Below, piece after piece: positions 30,764 through 39,997 of a DNA stretch of 64,000 bases; the stretch's first letter is position 1, and each line of letters begins with the position of its first letter. The notes under the pieces are model-generated. The model did no database searches. It had not been told where the DNA came from and saw only the letters and a program-made list of their open reading frames with translations. Source of the stretch: Pontiella sp. GTDB lineage: Bacteria; Verrucomicrobiota; Kiritimatiellia; Kiritimatiellales; Pontiellaceae. The position numbers and the translations under genes were made by a program. The stretch spans positions 96,001 through 160,000 of the forward strand of contig JBNKHE010000009.1 in NCBI GenBank assembly GCA_050290185.1, read 5' to 3'.

Positions 30764-30850
30764 TCTAATCCCCTTGTAAAAGTTGGTCTCCTAGTCTAGC
30801 GATTTCCGGGCCAATCTCAACTATGTTCTCGAGTGCGACGACTTCGGCCG

Positions 30851-30946
30851 GTGCGCAGCTATGCGGGTTCGCGGGGCATCCTGGTCAAGACCGATGAAAT
30901 TGACGCCCGGGTGATCACGATGTTCAGTGAAACCGCCAAGCCCCGC
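30851..30946 (+). mobile_element. IS110-family transposase remnant
   Basis: Translates as VRSYAGSRGILVKTDEIDARVITMFSETAKPR, matching the KTDxxDA motif at the end of the IS110 DEDD domain; no intact gene. Confidence 0.65.
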
Positions 30947-31121
30947 GTTATTGGTGCCATGTCCGCCTGGTACGCTCCGCTAAACGATAGATGTCATTTT
31001 GTTCACTATCTGCCAAGGCAATGCGGAATCAACGAAGCCGACTATTCATGTATGATCCGCCGTTGCCGGTGACCGTTGCGTTCCGCGTTGCTGCACACAT
31101 CGCAGGGTCAATGGTTGCCGT

Positions 31122-31592
31122 CTAATGCACGTCTTCACCGCGAACCATGTGCAGGGCGTGTTCGAGGGAACGGAGGATTTCGTGCATGTATTCGCGGACG
31201 GCTTTGACGCTGCCGGGCAGGGTGTAGACGAGGGTGGTGCCGATGACGCCGGCGACGGAGCGGGAGAGCAGTGCCGAAGGCAGTCTCTCGCCGTGCTTGG
31301 TGCGGATGAATTCCATGATGCCGGGAATTTCGCGGTCGAGCATGGGGTTGATGACGTCGGGCGTAATGTCGCGTGGGCCGATGCCGGTGCCGCCGGTGGT
31401 GATGATCACGTCGAATTTCGGTGCCCGCTTTATCTGCTCGCGCAGCGTGTCGGCGTCGTCGCCGATCAGGACCGATTCAATGTCGGCATCTGCGAAATGG
31501 GCCTTCAGCAACTGGACGATCTCCGGCCCGCTGCGGTCTTCATATTCCCCGCGCACCGCACGGTCGGAAAGGGTAATAACTAAAACTGTCAT
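31122..31592 (-). CDS. mog: Molybdopterin adenylyltransferase (MogA/MoaB family)
   Basis: ITLSDRA..GEYEDRSG, TTGGTGIGPRDITP, LSRSVAG, LPGS.KAVRE. Confidence 0.88.
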   Translation of the reverse strand: MTVLVITLSDRAVRGEYEDRSGPEIVQLLKAHFADADIESVLIGDDADTLREQIKRAPKFDVIITTGGTGIGPRDITPDVINPMLDREIPGIMEFIRTKHGERLPSALLSRSVAGVIGTTLVYTLPGSVKAVREYMHEILRSLEHALHMVRGEDVH

Positions 31593-31618
31593 TGCTTATT
31601 CCTCGGTGGGATTTCGAC

Positions 31619-31687
31619 AAAATGATTATGGACAAAATAATTTTCCGATCGACTGCTGCATCGAATCATTCTGTCCATAATCATTTT
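31619..31687. repeat. 24-bp inverted repeat built from GACAAAATGATT units; overlaps the moaC stop codon
   Basis: aaaatgattatggacaaaataatt ... aatcattctgtccataatcatttt (2 mismatches); related units at 34603-34656. Confidence 0.7.
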
Positions 31688-32142
31688 TTCGGATTCTGTT
31701 TCGTTTTTTCGAGCAGGATGATGTTTCCGATTTCCATGGTTTTGTCGACGGCCTTGCACATGTCGTAGATGGTGAGCAGGGCGGTGGAGACGGCGGTGAG
31801 GGCTTCCATCTCGACGCCGGTCTGGCCTGTGCAGATGACGGTGCTTTCGACGCGGATTCCGGAGGCTTCCGGCACGGCTTTGACGTCGATCTTCGAGAGC
31901 AAGAGGGGATGGCAGAGCGGGATCAGTTCGCCGGTTTTCTTGGCGGCCATGACGCCCGCCAGCTCGGCGGTGAGCAGTACGTTGCCCTTTTTCATTTGGT
32001 TGTCGCCGATCAGCTGTAGCGTTCCCGGTTGCAGGGCGATAAAGCCGCTAGCCACGGCGGTGCGCTTTTGCTGCGGCTTGTGGCTGACGTCGACCATCGA
32101 CGGCCGGTTGTCGGTTCCAATATGTGACAGTTTCTTTTCCAT
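31681..32142 (-). CDS. moaC: Cyclic pyranopterin monophosphate synthase MoaC
   Basis: LSH, MVDVS.K, KKGNV, LIPLCHPL, TGVEMEALT, IYDMCKAVDK. Confidence 0.96.
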   Translation of the reverse strand: MEKKLSHIGTDNRPSMVDVSHKPQQKRTAVASGFIALQPGTLQLIGDNQMKKGNVLLTAELAGVMAAKKTGELIPLCHPLLLSKIDVKAVPEASGIRVESTVICTGQTGVEMEALTAVSTALLTIYDMCKAVDKTMEIGNIILLEKTKQNPKK

Positions 32143-32157
32143 TACCTTGTCCTCGGG

Positions 32158-32179
32158 GCAGGCGAGACGCCTGCGGTAC
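32158..32179 (-). repeat. REP-like palindrome GTACCGCAGGCGTCTCGCCTGC
   Basis: gcaggcgagacgcctgcggtac in the moaC/moeA spacer. Confidence 0.5.
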
Positions 32180-32224
32180 TTTTTCGGGTAGCCGGGCGGC
32201 TACGGTTCGCATCAACTACTCCCA

Positions 32225-33400
32225 TTAGAGCAACCAGACGTCGACGGCTGTTCCTTTTTTCAATTCCGTTTCTCCGATGGGGAAAATGATCCAGCCATCG
32301 GCTTTGGTGAGGGCGTGAATGTGGGCGGAGCCGTGGTAGTCGATTCGGGCCACTACGCCCGGTTCAACAAGCTTCGCCGGCACGAACGATTTGCGCGCGG
32401 CCTTTTTGCGCTTCATGTCCTTGCCGAGTTTCAGGCGAACAAACGGCAGTTTGAAATCGTGTCCCATGGCGCGGTAGAGGAAGGGCTTCACGATGGTTTC
32501 CATGACCATGAAGGTGGAGACGGGATTGCCGGGCATGCCGAAGCAGGTTTTTCCGTTGCCGGTGGCAAAGGTGAGCGGCTTGCCGGGTTGGGTGGCCATG
32601 TGGTCGAAATGCATGGTGCAACCCAGCTTTTCGAGCAGTTCGGGGACATAGTCGAAGTCGCCCACCGAGCTACCGCCGCAGATCAGTACGACGTCGTTTT
32701 CTTCGAGAGCCTTTGCGATCGCGGCGGCAATCTTGTCCCGTTCGTCCTCGACGATGCCGTAGTAGGTGGCCGCTATGCCGCAATCGGCGACCTGCGCGAC
32801 GAGCTGGTGCCCGTTGGTTTCGCGGATGTTTGCGCCGTCGACGGGTTGGTCCGGTTGCACCAGTTCGGAGCCGGTGGCGATGATGCCGATCCGAGGAATC
32901 TTGGCGACCTGAGGCTCGGTGCAACCGGCTCCGGCGAGCACGGCAATATGGGCGGGTTTGATGAGTGTGCCCGCCGCCAGTACCGTGTCGCCGGTCTTTA
33001 CGTCTTCGCCCTTGAAGCAAATGTTGCCCGGCGTGCCGGTGCCGGTGAAGCGGACGGAGTTGTCTTCGAGTATTTCGGATTGTTCCACCATGAAGACGCA
33101 GTCGGCGCCTTCGGGAACGATGGCGCCGGTCATGATGCGTGCGCAGCGCCCGTCGTTGATGACGTTTTGGGGCGTGGTGCCGGCGGCGATGGTTTCGAGG
33201 CAGTGCAGCGGGCCGGGCAGGTCGGCGGCGCGGCAGGCATAGCCGTCCATGGCCGATTTGTTGAAGGGCGGCATGTCGTGGTCGGACAATACATTCTGCA
33301 AGAGTACGCGTCCGTTGGCCCGATGCAGCGGCACGGTTTCGGGGATGGGTGAGGGGGCGTAGGATAGAACGGTTTCGAGGGCTTCTTCGTAGGAAATCAT
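32225..33400 (-). CDS. moeA: Molybdopterin molybdotransferase MoeA
   Basis: PPFNKSAMDGYA, IMTGA.VP.GAD, TGSEL, GG.SVG..D, PGKP, PGNPVS. Confidence 0.95.
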   Translation of the reverse strand: MISYEEALETVLSYAPSPIPETVPLHRANGRVLLQNVLSDHDMPPFNKSAMDGYACRAADLPGPLHCLETIAAGTTPQNVINDGRCARIMTGAIVPEGADCVFMVEQSEILEDNSVRFTGTGTPGNICFKGEDVKTGDTVLAAGTLIKPAHIAVLAGAGCTEPQVAKIPRIGIIATGSELVQPDQPVDGANIRETNGHQLVAQVADCGIAATYYGIVEDERDKIAAAIAKALEENDVVLICGGSSVGDFDYVPELLEKLGCTMHFDHMATQPGKPLTFATGNGKTCFGMPGNPVSTFMVMETIVKPFLYRAMGHDFKLPFVRLKLGKDMKRKKAARKSFVPAKLVEPGVVARIDYHGSAHIHALTKADGWIIFPIGETELKKGTAVDVWLL

Positions 33401-34539
33401 GTTTGGCTCTTTTGATAGTAGTCGAGGTCTTCGCGGGTGTTGAGGTTATAGTACCAGTCGCCGTCGATTTCAATGTAGCGGACATCCAGCACATCGAGAA
33501 GTGCATGGACGGCATGCTTGCCTTCGGCCAGCCGTTCGGCGATTTTCGTGTGAACGCTTTTACGGTAGACGGCAAAGAGCGGCTGCTTGTGGCCGTCGGG
33601 CAATACGGGAACGATGGCTTCGTGCCCGCCGATCTCGCGCAGCATGCGGCGGACGAACGGCAGATGGATATTCGGGACATCGCAGGCGGTCACAAAATTG
33701 AGTTCGTGGCCGGATTCCTTCAGGGACGACATCAATCCCATCAAGGGACCTTGGCCGGGTTCGAGGTCTTCCACGACGGGATGGCCGGTGAAGGCATACT
33801 TTTCCTTGTCGCCGCTCACAATCAGTTCGTCAAATTGGGGTTCGAGCTGGCCGGCAACGGTGGCGACGAGCGGCTGGCCGTGGACATGCATGACGCTCTT
33901 ATCTTCACCCATGCGCCGGCTGGCTCCGCCGCTGAGTACGATGGCCGCTGCATCCTCCTTGAGTCCCCAGTAGCCGTTTTTGAATACGAGGTCTTCGGGC
34001 TGAAGATCCCAGCCGTCGCCGTCGACGTTCACCAGCCGGTCGGCGAGATCGATGACATCGCGGCAGGAGGGTTTCAGGTTGTCGTTGTGCTCCTGAATGA
34101 TGAAGAACAGGCCGGGTTTGATGAAGTTGCGCGCGCCGCCGGACTCGCAGACGAGGCAGGCGGTTCCCAGGTCGATGTCGTCGCCGGCCATGGTTTTGAG
34201 CAGGGCGTCGAGTCCCTGTTCCAGATGCGATCGCTTGGCGCGGAGCCAGTAGACGCGTTCCGCGCCGGCGCGGTACATCCGGTGGGTATCCTTGTTGTCG
34301 TCGCCCGGCTTTTCGTGCGTGACGACATAGTCGCCCTCGATGGTGCGGTAGGTCTTGGTCAGCAGTTGGTCCGCTTGAACCTCGCCGTCGACATCGTCGA
34401 AGGCGGTGACCTTGATTCCCACGACCGGCACCTTCGCGCTCTGCGCGCGAATGGCCTGGCAGAGAAACTGGGTCTTGCCCAGATTGCGGCCGGCCGCCCC
34501 GGCCATCAGCATGTTCGGCATCCGTTTCATGTCGGGCAT
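33397..34539 (-). CDS. mobA: Fusion of an N-terminal P-loop (MobB-like) domain and a MobA molybdenum cofactor guanylyltransferase
   Basis: N-terminal GAAGRNLGKT and DTHRMYRAGA; C-terminal LSGGASRRMGEDK, GPLMGL, ACDVP, QPLFAVY, NLNTREDL. Confidence 0.8.
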   Translation of the reverse strand: MPDMKRMPNMLMAGAAGRNLGKTQFLCQAIRAQSAKVPVVGIKVTAFDDVDGEVQADQLLTKTYRTIEGDYVVTHEKPGDDNKDTHRMYRAGAERVYWLRAKRSHLEQGLDALLKTMAGDDIDLGTACLVCESGGARNFIKPGLFFIIQEHNDNLKPSCRDVIDLADRLVNVDGDGWDLQPEDLVFKNGYWGLKEDAAAIVLSGGASRRMGEDKSVMHVHGQPLVATVAGQLEPQFDELIVSGDKEKYAFTGHPVVEDLEPGQGPLMGLMSSLKESGHELNFVTACDVPNIHLPFVRRMLREIGGHEAIVPVLPDGHKQPLFAVYRKSVHTKIAERLAEGKHAVHALLDVLDVRYIEIDGDWYYNLNTREDLDYYQKSQT

Positions 34540-34759
34540 ACTACGCTGTAGACTGACTGATTTGAACCACGGAATGCACAGAAACGAGGAGGACTGGTCT
34601 TAGGCAGAATGATTTTGTGACAGAATTATTATTTCGAATCATGCAGGGAATCATTTGGCCGCGAAAAGGTACAAGAGGCGCAAAAATCCTATGGATTCTT
34701 GCGCCGGCAATCAAATGCGGCGATTCCACTGATCGCGAAGCATAGAACACCGCACGTTG

Positions 34760-34841
34760 TGTAGAGAACGCTTCACCCCAGAGGGGAAAGCGTTGCGCTT
34801 CCATCGCAGCACCGCCTCCTTTCAGGTAGGCGGTCTCTACA
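34760..34841. repeat. GTAG-type REP doublet (REPIN-like)
   Basis: TGTAGAGAACGCTT...AAGCGTT, then ACCGCCT...AGGCGGTCTCTACA: two hairpins in inverted orientation, each headed by GTAG. Confidence 0.6.
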
Positions 34842-34911
34842 GCTTGACAATCAAAGCCCAATATTTACATTGCCTCAATGTGCGAAATTCGCTCTTGCCT
34901 AGTGCCTTCCG

Positions 34912-37821
34912 TTAGGAACACACCTTTTCCGGATCGCAGATGTGGAGTTTGTCGAGTTCGTCTTCCGACGGGAGGTCGATGAAGATACGGCCTTCGCGGA
35001 TTTCGACCGGGAAGGTGGAAATGCTCAGTTCCGGATCGTTCAGGCCTTCGCCGGTTTCGAGCGAGAAGGCGCGCTTGTGCATTGGGCAGACCACCTTCGG
35101 CAAGCCGTCGATATCGCCGAGCAGGCCGCGCGAAAGAACCATCTCGCGTTTATGGGGGCAGAGGTTCTGGCAGGCGAACCATTTACCGGCTTTTTCAAAG
35201 TTGAATACGGCAATCTGGTGGCGTCCGTATTTCAGCGTTTCGCCGCCGTCTTTCGGAATGGTTGAGGCTTCGCCAAAGCAAACCCATTGCGTATCCATAT
35301 TTTCGGTCGGTTCCGGCATGAGCGGTTCATATTCCTTTTTCCACGGAGCGGGACGCTTCTGTCCGCGGACCTCGATCCAGTTCAGTTTATCGCTCTCTTC
35401 GGAGTTGCTGTAGTGATGGAACATCTTCATTTTTTCCGGATCATCCAGCGTGGTTGCCCATTCGCATTGATAGGTATCCACGATGTGCTGCATCTCTGTC
35501 TCGAGCTGTTCGCAAATGCCGAGGGAATCGTCAAGGACCACGTTCTGAACATGCTTGAGTCCGCCCTCCAGTTTCTCCAGCCAGGTGGCGGTGCGGGTCA
35601 GGCGGTCAGCGGTCCGGACATAATACATCAGGAAACGGTCGATATATTTGATGGCGGTTTCATCGTCCACGTTGGTGGCCAGCAGGTCTGCATGGCGCGG
35701 CGTTACCCCGCCGTTGCCACACACATAGATGTTCCAGCCATCTTCGGTGGCGATCAGGCCAACGTCTTTGCTTTGCGCCTCGGCACATTCGCGGACACAA
35801 CCGGATACCGCCATTTTAAGCTTATGGGGGGAACGCAGTCCTTTGTATCGATTTTCCAGCAGCACGGCCATATCCACCGAGTCCTGCAGGCCGAACCGAC
35901 ACCAGGTGCTGCCGACGCAGCTTTTGACAGTGCGTAGCGATTTTCCATAGGCATGTCCGGTTTCAAGGCCTGCGGCGATGAGTTCCTTCCAGATCAGCGG
36001 GAGCTGGTGAAGCTCTGCGCCAAACAGGTCGATGCGCTGTCCGCCGGTTACCTTGGTATAGAGATCATATTTTTTGGCAACCTCTCCAATCACGATCAGC
36101 TGGTCCGGGGTCAGTTCGCCGCCGGGTGCCCGTGGCACTACGGAGTAGGTACCGTTGCGCTGAATGTTGCCCATGAACTTGTCGTTGGTGTCCTGGATCT
36201 GCGCGTGGTTCACCACATGGTCATTTTGAATGGAAGCCAGAATGGAGGCCACAGTGGGTTTGCAGATTTCGCACCCGGTACCTTTACCATGGCTGTCGAG
36301 GATTTCATCGAAGCTTTTAGCACCGGTCACCTTAATGATATTGAAGAGTTCGGCCCGTGAATACGCAAAGTGCTCGCATAGGGACGTGTCGATTTCAACG
36401 CCCATTTTTTTCATTTCAATTTCAAAAATGTCCGTTGCCACGGCCGCGCATCCGCCGCAGCCCGTTCCGCAGTGGGTGGTCTTTTTAACGGCTCCGAACG
36501 TTGTTGCGCCTTCCTGCACCGCCTTGCGGATAGCGCCTGCCGTTACATCCTTGCAGGAGCAGATGACTTCTTCGTCATCATATTCTATTTCCACATCGTT
36601 ATGGGCACCGGTTTTAACCAGCAGGGTTTCCGGTTGTTCGGGCAGTTCCATTCCTTTTTTGCAGATGGCCGAGAGCAGGCCATACTCAGTTGCATCGCCC
36701 ACCAGCACAGCGCCAAGCAGCTTGGATCCGTCGAGTGAGAGCACGAGTTTTTTGTAAATACCCCGATGGCTGTCAAACACGACCACGGCCTTGGTCTGTT
36801 CTTCCGGAAGCAGGGGCTCTCCTGCACTGGCCACATCGACACCCATGAGCTTGAGCTTGGTCGACATATCCGCACCTTCGAAAAGTTTCTTTTCGTGGCA
36901 CAGGTTCGCGGCGGCAACGTCGGCCATATCATAACCCGGAGCGACGAGTCCGTAGATCATGCCCTTATACAAGGCGCACTCACCAATGGCGTGAATGTGA
37001 TGGTCGGAGGTGCGGGTTTGGGAATCAATTTCAATTCCGCCGCGCGGACCGATGGAGATATCGCATTCTTTGGCGAGTTCATCGTTCGGCCGTATGCCGG
37101 CCGAAATAATGATCATATCAGTCGGTTGATGTTCGTCGTTTTCAAAAGCAATGCCGGTTACTTTTTCTTCGCCGGTGAAATGAAGGGTGATTTTTTCGGT
37201 CAGAACATGAACGCCGAGACTTTCAATCAGATGTTTCAAAATAACGCCGCCGCCGGTGTCCACCTGCCGGGCCAGCAGGCGGGGGGAGCGCTCGATAACG
37301 GTGGTTTCGAGTCCCATATCGTGAACCGCCTTGGCGGCTTCAAGTCCAAGGAGTCCGCCGCCGATCACGGAAGCCGTTTTCGCGGTCTTCGCATATTCCC
37401 GGATCGCCTCGAGATCCTCGATGGTGCGGTAGACGAATACGCCAGGAAGGTCGGTGCCCTTGATGGGGGGCACGAACGGGCTCGATCCGGTGGCCAGGAT
37501 CAGGTGGTCATAGCCATACTGGAATCCGCTGGCCGTGGTGACGGTTTTATGCTTCCGGTCAATGGTGACCACCCGGTCGCCCGTATGCAGCTCGATATCC
37601 TGTTCTTTATACCATTCCGCCGATTGCATCAGCAATTCGTCGGCCGATTCCTTCTCGAAAAAAGAGGTCAGCTGAACGCGGTCGTAGGCGGGACGGCACT
37701 CTTCGCCGAGCACCTTGATGTGAAACCGCTTGTTTTTGTCGTATTCCAGCAGTTTCTCGCAAAACCGGACACTGACCATACCGTTGCCTACAACGACGAC
37801 TTCTTGTTTTTTCAAACTCAC
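34912..37821 (-). CDS. nirB: NADH-dependent siroheme nitrite reductase large subunit with a fused C-terminal NirD Rieske domain
   Basis: VVGNGMV, GGGLLGLEAA, BFD-like Cys clusters, KSCVGSTWCRFG, GCVRECAE, VCGNGG; C-terminal NLCPHK...VCPMHKRAFSLETG. Confidence 0.95.
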   Translation of the reverse strand: MSLKKQEVVVVGNGMVSVRFCEKLLEYDKNKRFHIKVLGEECRPAYDRVQLTSFFEKESADELLMQSAEWYKEQDIELHTGDRVVTIDRKHKTVTTASGFQYGYDHLILATGSSPFVPPIKGTDLPGVFVYRTIEDLEAIREYAKTAKTASVIGGGLLGLEAAKAVHDMGLETTVIERSPRLLARQVDTGGGVILKHLIESLGVHVLTEKITLHFTGEEKVTGIAFENDEHQPTDMIIISAGIRPNDELAKECDISIGPRGGIEIDSQTRTSDHHIHAIGECALYKGMIYGLVAPGYDMADVAAANLCHEKKLFEGADMSTKLKLMGVDVASAGEPLLPEEQTKAVVVFDSHRGIYKKLVLSLDGSKLLGAVLVGDATEYGLLSAICKKGMELPEQPETLLVKTGAHNDVEIEYDDEEVICSCKDVTAGAIRKAVQEGATTFGAVKKTTHCGTGCGGCAAVATDIFEIEMKKMGVEIDTSLCEHFAYSRAELFNIIKVTGAKSFDEILDSHGKGTGCEICKPTVASILASIQNDHVVNHAQIQDTNDKFMGNIQRNGTYSVVPRAPGGELTPDQLIVIGEVAKKYDLYTKVTGGQRIDLFGAELHQLPLIWKELIAAGLETGHAYGKSLRTVKSCVGSTWCRFGLQDSVDMAVLLENRYKGLRSPHKLKMAVSGCVRECAEAQSKDVGLIATEDGWNIYVCGNGGVTPRHADLLATNVDDETAIKYIDRFLMYYVRTADRLTRTATWLEKLEGGLKHVQNVVLDDSLGICEQLETEMQHIVDTYQCEWATTLDDPEKMKMFHHYSNSEESDKLNWIEVRGQKRPAPWKKEYEPLMPEPTENMDTQWVCFGEASTIPKDGGETLKYGRHQIAVFNFEKAGKWFACQNLCPHKREMVLSRGLLGDIDGLPKVVCPMHKRAFSLETGEGLNDPELSISTFPVEIREGRIFIDLPSEDELDKLHICDPEKVCS

Positions 37822-37873
37822 TTAACATCCTCCCGGAGTAAAATCCGTAATATAATATCGGGATGGTCATGTA

Positions 37874-37889
37874 TGCACGGGGTGTGCCA
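37874..37889 (-). promoter_or_regulatory. Sigma54 (-24/-12) promoter of nirB
   Basis: Minus strand TGGCACACCCCGTGCA = GG-N10-GC, about 50 bp upstream of the start codon. Confidence 0.75.
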
Positions 37890-38075
37890 GCAGGTTTTCG
37901 GTAAGAATTTGATCTGTAAGTGCCTTAACTCGTGTAGGAAAGGATGGGATTTGTGTTTTAGGTATTGAGCGTGTGGAAAACATAAATGGGCCAAAAAAGC
38001 AAAATGACTACAATATTGTATGTTTCATGAAGGGGAGGGCAACGCCGAGGATAGATGGAGCAATAAAAAGGGAAT

Positions 38076-39173
38076 TTAAAGTCTCTGAATGGCAAGACTC
38101 TTGAAAATCACCCAGATGGATGACCCATCGGCCAGGGCCATATCCTGTTCGGTGCCGGCCGTGATTTCCGCAAAAAGGATGCCGGCGGGGGTTTCGAGGT
38201 GGCATATGGAACGGTCGGAGGCGTGGACGATGTGCTTGACGCGTCCGGGAAGCTGGTTTCGCATGGAAATGGCCTCAACACGCTGATTGGCCAAGGCCAT
38301 CTGGTCGGCAGCGATTCCGATGTTTGCGGTTGCGCCGACCGGCAGTTCGGGAGACAGCCGCATTTCTATGGTCTGGTCAGGGCTGGCGGGTAGCTCCAGC
38401 GTAGTGATACCGCGTGCGGTATCGTGTTGCCGTACCCGTACGTTTAGCAGATTGGTAAGGGCGGCCCCCTTAAGCTCCTGCAGAGTGTCCGGCGCACGGG
38501 CAAGCTTGTCCAGGGTGTCGTTGCCGACCACCGATCCGTCGCGGATGAGCAGAAGGCGATCGGTGAGCTGGAGAATTTCGCCGAGATCGTGGCTGATCAG
38601 GATGGTGGGGATTTTCAGCGTGCGGTGTACCTTCGATAGGAAAGGAAGAATCTGCATCTTAAGCGAAATATCCAGACCGGCGACCGGCTCATCCATCAGC
38701 AGCAAGCGGGGATTCGACAGCAGCGTACGACCGATGGCGATGCGCTGCTTCTCGCCGCCGGACAGCTGCTCCACGGACCGGCCGATCAGGTGTCCGATGT
38801 TCAATAGGTCGATGATGTCGTCGAAGCCGAACGGGCGACCGTCTACCCGGTGCTTCAAGCATTCACCGGCACGCAGATTTTCCGCCGCAGACCAGTGCGG
38901 AAAGAGGCGGGCATCCTGAAAGACGAGACCTACGTTTCGCTCATGCGGCTTCATGAAGATATTCCGGTCGGCATCGAACAGGGTTTGGTCATTAAGCACT
39001 ATGCGTCCACCCTCCGGGCGCACCAGTCCGGCGAGTGCGCGGAAGAGCGTGCTCTTGCCGCATCCCGATGGCCCGAAAACGCCGAGTGCCGACTCGAGGC
39101 AGCGGAACTGCGCATCGAGCAGGAACTTGCCCTGTCGCAGATAGATATCGACCTCAAGGTTCATGAATTCCAT
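38076..39173 (-). CDS. modC: Molybdate ABC transporter ATP-binding subunit
   Basis: GPSGCGKST, FQDARLFPH, LSGGEKQR, LMDEP, C-terminal TOBE (S.RNQL). Confidence 0.93.
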   Translation of the reverse strand: MEFMNLEVDIYLRQGKFLLDAQFRCLESALGVFGPSGCGKSTLFRALAGLVRPEGGRIVLNDQTLFDADRNIFMKPHERNVGLVFQDARLFPHWSAAENLRAGECLKHRVDGRPFGFDDIIDLLNIGHLIGRSVEQLSGGEKQRIAIGRTLLSNPRLLLMDEPVAGLDISLKMQILPFLSKVHRTLKIPTILISHDLGEILQLTDRLLLIRDGSVVGNDTLDKLARAPDTLQELKGAALTNLLNVRVRQHDTARGITTLELPASPDQTIEMRLSPELPVGATANIGIAADQMALANQRVEAISMRNQLPGRVKHIVHASDRSICHLETPAGILFAEITAGTEQDMALADGSSIWVIFKSLAIQRL

Positions 39174-39291
39174 TCCGTCTGTTTTTCTGTTTCATGCATG
39201 AATTTAAACACCCGCTTCGCTTCAGGCACAAAGGACTCGAAGCTTAGTGAACTTGGTGTCTTTGTGTTTAATCCATATGCACTATTTCGGA

Positions 39292-39990
39292 TCATTGGTT
39301 GCGTTCCATCCGTTTTTTCGATCGCCGCGTCAGCCATTCCGACACCAGCAGGCTGGCGAAGCAGAGGATTAGCGAGCAGATGACCAGCCGCATGGCGGCG
39401 GGCTCCTCCCCGGGAACCTGAAGGCTGGAATAGATGGCCAGCGGCAGGGTCTGGGTCGAGCCTTCAATGTTGCCGGCAAAGGTGATGGTGGCGCCGAATT
39501 CGCCGAGGCTGCGTGAAAAGGCGAGCAGGATACCGCCGAGGATGCCCGGCCAGGCGAGCGGCAGTGTGATCCTGAAAAAGACGCGGAGCGGATGATAACC
39601 GAGCGTCTGTGCTGCTTCCTCCAGACGTCGGTCGACCAGTGTAATGGCAAGCCGCACCGAGCGCACGGCGAGGGGGAGGGCAACGATGGCGGCAGCCAGA
39701 ACCGCACCCTGCCAGGTAAAGACGAGGTGAATGCCGAACCATTCGTTAAGTGGGCGACCGAGCCAGCCATGGCGACCAAACAGGACCAGCAGCAGGTAGC
39801 CGGTTACGACAGGAGGCATGACCAGTGGAGCGTGGACGAGGCTTTCCAGCAATACCTTGCCGCGGAATTCGCGCCGGGCCAGCAACCAACCGAGCACCAC
39901 CGCTGGAACAGCGGTCACCACCGCCACTCCGAGGGCTACTTTCAGCGACAGCCATACCGCTGTCCATTCAGTTGGAGATAGGTTCCACAT
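39292..39990 (-). CDS. modB: Molybdate ABC transporter permease
   Basis: LSLKVA, PLVMPPVVTGYLLL, LEEAA.TLG, FSRSLGEFGATITFAGNI. Confidence 0.95.
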   Translation of the reverse strand: MWNLSPTEWTAVWLSLKVALGVAVVTAVPAVVLGWLLARREFRGKVLLESLVHAPLVMPPVVTGYLLLVLFGRHGWLGRPLNEWFGIHLVFTWQGAVLAAAIVALPLAVRSVRLAITLVDRRLEEAAQTLGYHPLRVFFRITLPLAWPGILGGILLAFSRSLGEFGATITFAGNIEGSTQTLPLAIYSSLQVPGEEPAAMRLVICSLILCFASLLVSEWLTRRSKKRMERNQ

Positions 39991-39997
39991 GATTGGA

